From: Hormiphora californensis
Lineage: Eukaryota > Animalia > Ctenophora
Assembly (NCBI GenBank): GCA_020137815.1
Contig: CM035351.1
Coordinates: 3,844,001 to 3,908,000, forward strand
Length of the DNA: 64,000 bases
Direction of reading: 5' to 3'
A program made the translations under genes and the position numbers. The notes below the pieces were generated by a model that worked only from the letters and a program-made list of their open reading frames with translations, ran no database searches and was not told the origin of the DNA. Shown here piece by piece: positions 55,094-64,000 of the stretch. Every line of letters begins with the position of its first letter. The first letter of the stretch is position 1.

Positions 55094-56978
55094 ATGGACA
55101 GATTTGCAGATTCATTCTTTGATACCCTCAAGAAGATCAAGGATACCCTCCTAGATGAGGTAAAAACACGTGATATATCCCCATGGCAACCGTTCTTATC
55201 AAATCAAAAACGTGATATATCCCATGGCAACCGTTCTTATCAAATCAAACACGTGATGTATCCCCATTCTAGTTTACCGAACAACCTCCAAGTACTTGAA
55301 ATAGTTTTTCCTTACAGTTACAGAACACCATATAAACTATTCAACCTGTGTCTACTGATACAAACTACATTTCAGGACGATGCAGAGAAGGCTCCGTCAG
55401 TGTGTATCTCTGAATGCAACTCTGAGATCAGTGTCGGAGCGAGCTCCCAGCATGACCAAGTAGTAGTGCAGGAGAAGAAGGAATCTACAACAAGCATCCC
55501 CGAAATTAGAGAGGAAGCAGTCCCAAAACTCAGGGTAATAATAATAATAGGGCAGGGAATAGGGATCAGAAAGTTTTCCCAAAACTTAGGGTAGGGAGAA
55601 AGTTTTCCAAGCTAAGACATAGTTGCTCGGACCCCAGTTGGGATCACGGATTGGTAGGGTACCAAAAGTAAGAGGTTACAATAATTGAACGGTGCCTCCC
55701 TCTGAGTGTTGCAGTAGCTGTGTCCTATCAAGGATATGTTTTATAGCGACTGAGAGCTCCAACCCGGAATTATATAATGCAATGATGGGCCGCCTTGGCA
55801 AATTAGGAACTCTGGCCATTGTTGTGAAAAACATGCCACTGACAAATTGAAAATTCTCATGTCTACTTTGGAAGTCGACAGGGCCGTGAATCGCCCCTGA
55901 AAGATCGAATCACGTATTCCAGCTATAAAAACAACAAATTTCCAGTAATGAAGGAAAATAAGCCGGTGACTAATTACATAACTTTTCAGAAAATAACTCC
56001 AGCGTACGAAAGCTCATCGAAAAAAGCAGACTCAACTCTCCTAGCAATATCGCAGCAGGAATCAAGCGGTAAGCGGGATGTGAATCTTTTATCCTTTCAT
56101 TCTCTCTCTATCTTTACCTCGTCATGTTCTCTTCCTTTCTCTCTCCCTACCGATTTAAGGCACACTATCTCTCTATCTCTGTCTCTCTCTCTTTCTATTT
56201 TCCTCTATCATTCACTTCAAGAAGTAGACTCTCTCTTGCAGCAAGCTTAGTAACTGTAGAGAATTCGTGACAGGAAGTAAAATATCATTCAATGAATAAA
56301 ATGACTTTTATCGGAGTTATAGAATTAGCTGTCATTGCTGTCAGGCCAATCATGTTCTAGCCGCGGTTCTCGCGTGCTCCGCGTACAGAACTTATTTGGA
56401 AGAACTGAGAATAGAGTCAGCCGTCAGGCCACTGCTCTGACGACTGGCAGCATTGACGTTACCCAACCCAAAGGCCAGATCTAAACCACATCATAAAACC
56501 TTTAAATAGAATATTCTAGGACACACCCTCTAGGCAACACGCCATCGATTATCACCCATGCAACTGGGGAGATTAAATTATGATTATGTCGGCCAAACTA
56601 ATTAGAAACCTAATAATCCCTCACTCATAATTTTTTCTGTACTCATATTATCTCTTATTATCTCCCGTCTCACTTGAACGGCAGAAGGACTTCAAATTCA
56701 TATTTAAATACTTTCCTATAGAATACACTAGAAGCGAAACCTAAACAACCTTACCTATATTTCCCCCTTTACAGGCCCAAACACAGAATCCCAGAAGTGA
56801 AACCTAACCGATATCCCCCTTAACAGGCCCAAACACGGAATCCCAGAAGCGGAACAGGAGTATGAGGATGGCAGGGAGTATGCAGAGTGTTTATCGGAAA
56901 ATTAACAAGGACCGAAACGTGCATAGCGACCGGCATTACCTTGTTTCTGTCACCGAACAAATAAAGGTATATGCGTAA
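55094..56978 (+). CDS. Hypothetical protein of unknown function; candidate exons 55094-55159, 55376-55534, 55990-56068, 56827-56978 (5' end uncertain)
   Basis: Four segments bounded by GT/AG splice in frame to MDRFADSFFDTLKKIKDTLLDE-DDAEKAPSV...PKLR-KITPAY...ESSG-PNTESQ...VYA*; no domain recognised. Confidence 0.4.
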
Positions 56979-58120
56979 CTGACAAGGCCGGTGGCTTATA
57001 CTACAAGTCAAACACTGTACTACAACACGACCTATCAAAGAGGTTGCCGCATATAGAGTCTAATTGGCATATTATAAGAGTTGTAAATAGTTGTACGGCA
57101 TGGGTGGTCGACTAGTCGAGCTATACAACAATGCAGATACACACATAAAAAGTAGTAGTAAAGTAATTAGGTAAAAAAGTGTAGTAGTAAACAGTTGTAA
57201 AGCTAACAATAATGTGATTCAATTCTATATATCAGATCCTATTCTCATTTCTTTCGCGAGAACTGTGGTCAGAGCGTTGGCCTGACAGAATATACGAAAC
57301 ACTTTTGGAGAAAGTGAAGAGCCGGGTTTATGTAGGTTTATGCTGATTACCGGCATTCCACAAATAACTGAGAGAGAGAGAGAGAGGAGATAAAATCATT
57401 GCCAATCAAGTAGTCTCCAAAACTGAATCATCGACTTTTCCGGCTCAGTTATCACATCACGTTAATTAACTAATTAAGCTTGATCAACCATGGTCCGTTA
57501 ATTTGACTTTTAGAATTCGTCATCGAACAATCAGCTGAGTTTCATAGCACGTCATGTGGGACAACTGTAAAGTCATATCCTCATTCTCTAGATAATAACA
57601 TGATCCCACTCATGCAAGTACCCTGAATATACTCAAAAGGGAGCTGAATATCATGACGTGATTTCTTGAGTTCTCCACCCCTTACTCTGAGTAGCAATTC
57701 AGAAGGCCACTGTTTGTTGCTCCAAGAATTAAGATGGCTGTATACAGATAATATCTGGTACCTAAACACATGTTCTACATGGTATTATGTCAATAAAAGA
57801 ATTCAACCCAATATCTAGCCCTATTTTTCTCACTCCCCTTCAAGTAGAATCTCCCTTTTTCAACCAAATATCTAGCCCTATTTTCTCTCTCCCCTTCAAT
57901 TCAAGTAGAATCTCCCTTTTTCCCTCCTTCTCTCACAGAGAGAGGAGAAAACAGAAACTATTTAATCTCGACCTATATTTCCCTTCATAATTCCTCCCTT
58001 TCTCTCTCCCTGCATGCAAGAGAGATCGCGTGATCAGCAACGCAACTGATTAATTTCCAACATCCAGTTCCTACCTCAGTATCAATTCAGAAGGCCACTG
58101 TTTGTTGCTCCAAGAATTAA

Positions 58121-58555
58121 GGCCGGGTCCAGACGAGTAGTAGGTAGCTACTATGGTAGGCTACTATGGTAGATATCTACCACAGCTACCACTCGTCTGT
58201 ACACCTATATCTACCATAAGCTACTATGGTAGGCGGTTATAGGTCGAGGTATTACCGCCTACTATAGTAGCTTACCATAGTAGGCTACTATAGTAGGTGG
58301 TCACTCGTCTGTTCACCCTCTGACCGCCTACCATTGTAACTTGTTATCACATCTTTCTGCATGGGGCATCAGAAATTTGATACCCCGATGATTACAGAAG
58401 TATCGTGGTAGATGTGTCAGAGGGTGGCCAGACGAGTGGTAGCTAGCCTACCATAGTAGCTTTACTACCACTCGTCTGGACAGTTCCCAGCTACTATGGT
58501 AGCTTACTATGGTAGCCTACCATAGTAGCTACCTACCACTCGTCTGGACCCGGCC
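58121..58555. mobile_element. PIF/Harbinger-like MITE, TIR GGCCGGGTCCAGACGAGT, inside one copy of a local duplication
   Basis: TIRs with CTACTATGGTAG repeats; empty site at ~57696-57786. Confidence 0.85.
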
Positions 58556-60362
58556 TTAGATGGCTGTATACAGATAATATCTGGTACCTAAACACATGTT
58601 CTACATGGTATTACCCCTTCAAGTAGAATCTCCCCTTTTCAACCAAATACTATACCTAGCCCTATTAGCCTCCACCCACCCCGAACCACCCCACCCACCA
58701 CCAATATATACATACTAAACACAACTGTGGACTGAGAACAAATCCTTGCTAGTTTAGCCTTCTAACCTAATTGAACCTAATCAGACAGATAGGTCTCACA
58801 TATCCCGTATCAAAGATTAATTGAAAACGAAGACGAAACTGTGGTTCAAGATCAAAGTATAAACGTTCCTGGTAAAAATAACCACACAGGACTAGAACAA
58901 CCCCGAGAAGAGCCCCACTCCAAATCTCCCGTTATATTGTGAACCTGCCAGATGGTAGTTCCATGCGAGGGGAGAGGGCGGGGGGACTCTTCTCCAGTGC
59001 CGGCGATATCGCTTTGCGATAGTCCCTGTGGGCTTGCCGCAGGCAAGCCCAGGCACTCAGAGTAGTAGTAGTAGTAGTACCCCTTACTCTACAAGATACG
59101 TGATTGTAATCCCGGTTTGTTTTTCAGAGCGACGAAGGAAGTTCTCGGACACCCTCGCCAACCGCAGGGCAACACCACCATCGGCGGAGACAACTCAAAT
59201 AATAACCATGGCAACAACATGGTAACCATGGCAACTGTGTTTCTACTACTAAATATAATTAAACAAATTGAATCGAGTGATTTGAAATGTGTATTGGGGG
59301 CTTATGGAGAACGATCTTTAGAGGAGGGGGTACTGCACTGGAGACTCTCCGATAAGAACAAATGCGGGGGAGGTGAGATCCAGCCAACATGAACAACGGG
59401 GGAGGGATAGCTCGAGGTTGAAGGTTTCTTAAATATAATGTGTATTGGAGGCGAAGGAATCAAGGTTTCTTATAACACCGGGTTGAGTTCCTGCATGCCA
59501 TGCTATATGGAGGAGGGACCATGGTCACTAGGTATAATGCTGATCCACAAGGGAGTTCTGTATGGCGGCGCCATACCCCATTTGCGCTCAGATGGGGTCG
59601 CGGCGCCAGACAGAGGGAGTTCATTTATTTAAAAGCAATTATTGTATCTGAGAATTCGAAGGAATTGATATCATGGTAGTGCGTAAGTCCAAGGAGGCGT
59701 TCGAGTGAAGTTAGCGTATACAAGTAGAGAAATGGAAATATTTTGAGAGATTTTGGACCAATCAAGTGTTTGAGTATAGAATATGTGAGGTGCAGTTTTA
59801 CGGCATTTAACGTAGCAATATAAACGACCTTCTAAGGAACTTTAGAATGAAATTATTCTTTACTGATTTCACATTTACCTTCCGTGACAGTTGTCATACA
59901 AAACAAACGAATTATTAATTTTGTACTGGAAATAATAATAATAACGCCTTTGAGAACATGTCAATGCCGATCCAAAGCTGTATCAGCATATCATGTCGAC
60001 ATGTCCCGTAAGATTAGTAGCAGGCTTCAAAGTGTCACAAGTGTCACAGTGCAGTGATAGTCACAGAGCTGATCTGCACTGCATTTTCTTTCTCTATTTC
60101 TCCATCACTTTTCCGACAGACGGAATATCGTAATTATGATAGACATTTACCCGTTATGCATGGAACAACTAACTATATTGTTCGTGACTTCTGAACGCAA
60201 GATCTCCTCAAATTCGGGGAATTCCTTGTTCATGGCCGTGATTCATTGTTCTCTCAACTATTTATTCAGCGACAATGCTAAAGTCTGTGAGAATGTCAGC
60301 GACTAAAGTCTGTGATCTCTTCATTCCTTTCTCCCAGTCTGTGATCTCTCCATTCTCCCATA

Positions 60363-62818
60363 TCACCATGGCTTCCAGTAGGTGTAGGGGGTGGGTTGCG
60401 GAGCTGGGTTGGCGGCGGGGGATGGGTAGTAGAAGTTGTACTGGGCGGTATTGTCCGATGAGTTGGTTGCTGGGTAGTAAAACTGGGACCTTCTACCGTA
60501 CTCTGGAAGGGATAAACAAAGAATTAGCACCAGAGTTCGTCTTGCAGTTAAAAATTTGTTCTACCGAACCCGCACTGCTTCACAGAGCGTGTTCGTCATT
60601 TTTTGAAAGAAAATGACGGTGTGAACTTTGAGCTACACAGTTGAAAAGCAGCTCGGGCAGCAGACCATGTCTGATCATAAGATGGGCGTTCCAAACAAAT
60701 AATTTTTGTTCAAGTTACCTTGCCTCTGTGACATGTACTGGGCGAGGTTAGTTCCGGTTTCCCTGGTTCAGTGCCATGTTCTGCACCAGAAGTCTCCGGG
60801 CATCCCTGACACTGTCGTTGAATCCCGCACTGTAGTGTCCCGTGATGGGGAGTCTGCTGGAAACCACCTGGGGCAGGGATCAGAGGGTCAGTGAGAGGTG
60901 GGATCAAAGAGTCAGTGAGAGGTGGGATCAGAGGGTCAGTGAGAGGTGGGATCAGAGGGTCAGTGAGAGGTGGGATAAGAGGGTCAGTGAGGCCATGAGG
61001 GGTGACTCAACAAGGGATCAGAGGGTCAGTGGGGTGGATTCTGGAGGATTGGTGAGGTGGATTTAGAGCAAAAATGTTCAATTACAAATATTGGCTGAGA
61101 TTATGACACACATACCGTTAGTTGCCTGATTTTGTCCGTGGATAATCCTTCTCTTCTCCCGACTGTTCTGCAGATGTCGAAGTGCGCTCTTTAGCGGGTT
61201 TCCTCCCTCTACACCGCCCTGATTTGGTAGGATCTCCTGTAGTCGTCTCATTTTTTCCCTTATTTCACGAGCCTTTTTCTCCTGTTGGCATATATAATGA
61301 GCGTCAGGTGAGCTGTCACGTGATAAGATATGGCCCTCAGGGCAGTTGTGGGGTGGTTAACAAGAGCGTAATTAGGCGGGTAAATGTAATTCAAGAGATG
61401 AAAGAGAGAGAGAGAGAGATGAGAGAAGAGAGAAAGGTAGTAGAACTTCAACGTTGAGCCTCATTATGCCATAATGATCATGAAAGAGGCATCTGAATAG
61501 CATGAAAAAGAGGGCTAGCGGGAGAAAGAAGAAGAAGAATTGAGCGGGAAAACTTTGTTTGTAAGGGGGGGATTAAAGAAAACTGGGGCTCTTCGACGAA
61601 ACTTTAAACACACTTAAAAACGTTGCGTAACTCTCCTTTCACACCTTCTAATTGATTTTCACACCCCTTAAGCATGGTTTGTGTCGACGAAACTTTTTAG
61701 AAATCTTGCTTAGTGAAAATTGAGGGGTAGTAAGTGAAGTTTTACACAAGCTCTCCAAACCTTGCGTAACCCCCTAATCACGTGGTAAAATCACGTGATT
61801 TGGGCCAAATTGAAGCGATAATGACGTCATAGTTCACGCAATATCTCACTCAAATATCGAGAAAAGTGAGGTTTGTTAAGTCTCCTCCAGAGGAGACTTA
61901 ATGGTAGACAAGACAGCGCTGGCAAGTAAAAGATGCTACAAAACAGTGTATATTTTGCTTCTCGCATGTAGAAAAAAGATAAAATGGCACTCCTTGTCCC
62001 CCAGTTAGCTATCTCTACTCAACCACAATATTGAGGCACTAGTTTGGGGTTTCAGCCAAGCCCATACTGCATAAACCATCTGTATTAGACTCTCACAGTC
62101 AGATGAGATGTGGATGAATTCAGTTGTTTTCCTTCTGGCAGGACAATATGAACAGTGAACTACTACTATACTTTCACTGTTTATCTCTTCATCTAGCAGC
62201 CTATCTATTCATCTCACCCGGCCTAAATAATATTGCAAGTTATAAGTGTATAGGTTTATTGATTTTTCATAATGAGCATGAGCAATCAATGTTAGATCTC
62301 TATTGACTATTTGTCCGCTATAACATTCATTGCCAGCTACTGTAAGAGTACACAGAGTTTTGAAGATTTGAAATTTCTTGAATCTTGAGAAATGGAAGTC
62401 AAACTTCTTCTTCACCCCCAATCTGGTGTGATATCTCGCTAACACTATTGGCTGGTGAACCCTACACGTGACCAAATTGACGCCTGTGTAAACCCATGTA
62501 ATGGAAATCCTATCACGTGTCCAGTTTCGATCCCCTGATTGGTTTTCTACACCCATACACGAGGGGTGATCCGGGGCTTCACGAGGTATACACGTGGTTC
62601 ACACCAAGGACCTAAAGTGAGGTTTTGGAAAGCGTTCGACGACACCCCTCTCGAGACAAGTCTGAAAAATTTTCCTTGTGTAACTCTAAAGAGAGCTTAT
62701 TTATTAAGTGTGCTTAAAGTTTCGTCGAAGAGCCCCTGACCTGTGAGGTTCCTCCACGGTTACCGGGGGCGGCAGTGGGTGCTCCTGTTGTTTGGTACAT
62801 TTGCTGGGGGTTCTGCAT
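60363..62818 (-). CDS. Divergent Hairy/E(spl) (HES) bHLH-Orange repressor ending in WKPW; exons 62818-62741, 61281-61116, 60867-60719, 60502-60363
   Basis: EKKAREIREKMRRLQEILP...LKSALRHLQN (HLH-like), YSAGFNDSVRDARRLL...NLAQYM (Orange-like; needs two 1-bp corrections), Pro/Tyr-rich tail ending YWKPW*. Confidence 0.75.
60876..61032. repeat. 24-bp minisatellite (GGGATCAGAGGGTCAGTGAGAGGT), ~5-6 copies, in a HES intron
   Basis: Direct tandem units. Confidence 0.85.
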
Positions 62819-63811
62819 GCTTGGTATTATAGCTAGAGAACCGGAGGGAGTCGAGTTAGTTTTTGACAAAGTAACAGCTGCAACAGCAAACAAGATAGAT
62901 CGGCAACAAGCTGTCAAGAAAGCACATATTATTAAAGATCAAAAAGCAGCCGGTAGATCTATCGGCTAGTATGCCCGCGTGCGGGATCCATGCGATCATT
63001 CAAACATTATCTGAATTTCTTTCTATCTCTCTTCCTCTCTCTCTCATATTGCTAACATTCTCTCTCTCTCTCTCTCATATCTCTGGAGTGACCAGCGGCG
63101 ACGGGGGGATAGTGATGACAGGGGCCGGGATAATAATAAGGAAACCCTGTAAACTGCAACCGGGACGATAGCCTTCACACACGTGTACATGTTGTAACGG
63201 TCAACTTTTTATCAATATGACGGCCTGGGCATGACACTTTCAGAGAGATTACAGATGAAACACTGTATCAATATATAGAGTGGTTGTCAGGCCAATGCTC
63301 TGACAGCATAGTGGTACATGTACCACTGAAATCAGTAACGCGAAGTTTGCTGTTCGCCTTACAATGTATCTGCGAAGTACCGATACGAGCAAAGAAACAC
63401 TTTGCAGTTAAATTCTGAGTAACACGGGTTGCTAAATCCTCATGCTCAATTGCCTATCAATGCGTAACAATGAGAGAGAGAAAGAGACAGGGATTTGAGA
63501 AAATACATACAATAGAGACGAAGTTTATAGTAAGAGGGGAAGAGAGTTTTATGCAACAACATCTTCACTGCACGACTAGGCCATGACGTGTTGACGTGAT
63601 GCAGGTTTAAAAGGTGCGTCTCGAAGACAGCTCTTTCACTATTTACTACACACACAGTCTCTCTGTAGATAGATGGAGAGACGTTAGGGAACTTGGAATA
63701 ATGGAACATATTGTTTGGGAAACAATATATTGTCCAGAGTTGGACTCAAACAAAGATTTGGAGCGTAGAGCCATAGTTGAGAGCTCCTAGGTGAGAGCAT
63801 TGGCAGAGCGA

Positions 63812-63840
63812 AAACTGTGGTCAGAGCATTGGCCTGACAG
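63812..63840. repeat. Short interspersed repeat (AACTGTGGTCAGAGCATTGGCCTGACAG); related pieces at ~34300-34350, 53160-53208, 56338-56440, 57236-57288, 63285-63306
   Basis: Recurrent motif on both strands. Confidence 0.55.
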
Positions 63841-64000
63841 ACACATGGAATTTGAACTGTGAAATGAGTCTGAGAGTGGAACGCTCTTTATATAGGTAAG
63901 TCTAGAGATGAGTAGAAGCTACTCAAATAGCGAACTATCTAAACTGAAAATGAAACATGAGGTATTTCTTGATGAGGGAGTGGGGACCGCCTAGGAGAAT

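Noticed and set aside
58800-59400. Possible minus-strand exons between the unknown gene and HES
   Set aside because: Some coding-like stretches but no consistent splice model or recognisable domain.

Overview
Intron-rich eukaryotic (animal) genomic DNA, most likely a ctenophore (inference from the Nav2-type channel, the gene set, an acceptor AG just before nearly every start codon, and a repeat I recall from Pleurobrachia gene models). Protein genes in order: 3' part of a Nav2-type voltage-gated channel (+; filter E/E/A in DII-IV), a GPI-type CAP/SCP protein (-), Clueless/CLUH (+), then a very compact same-strand block of motile-cilium genes (CCDC103, an unknown 69-aa two-exon microprotein, MDH1B, MYCBP, STYXL1; stop-to-start gaps 126-333 nt), a 12-exon papain-family protease fused to an F-type-lectin-like domain (-), an unknown gene (+) and a divergent HES/Hairy bHLH-Orange gene ending in WKPW (-). 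Introns and intergenic DNA hold many non-autonomous DNA transposons (several nested, several with visible TSDs), a 30-bp minisatellite and many (GA)n tracts. Several genes show single-base frameshifts, probably assembly indels. Best candidate for an undescribed system: a trans-spliced, operon-like ciliary gene cluster at 28.2-34.6 kb that includes an unknown microprotein.
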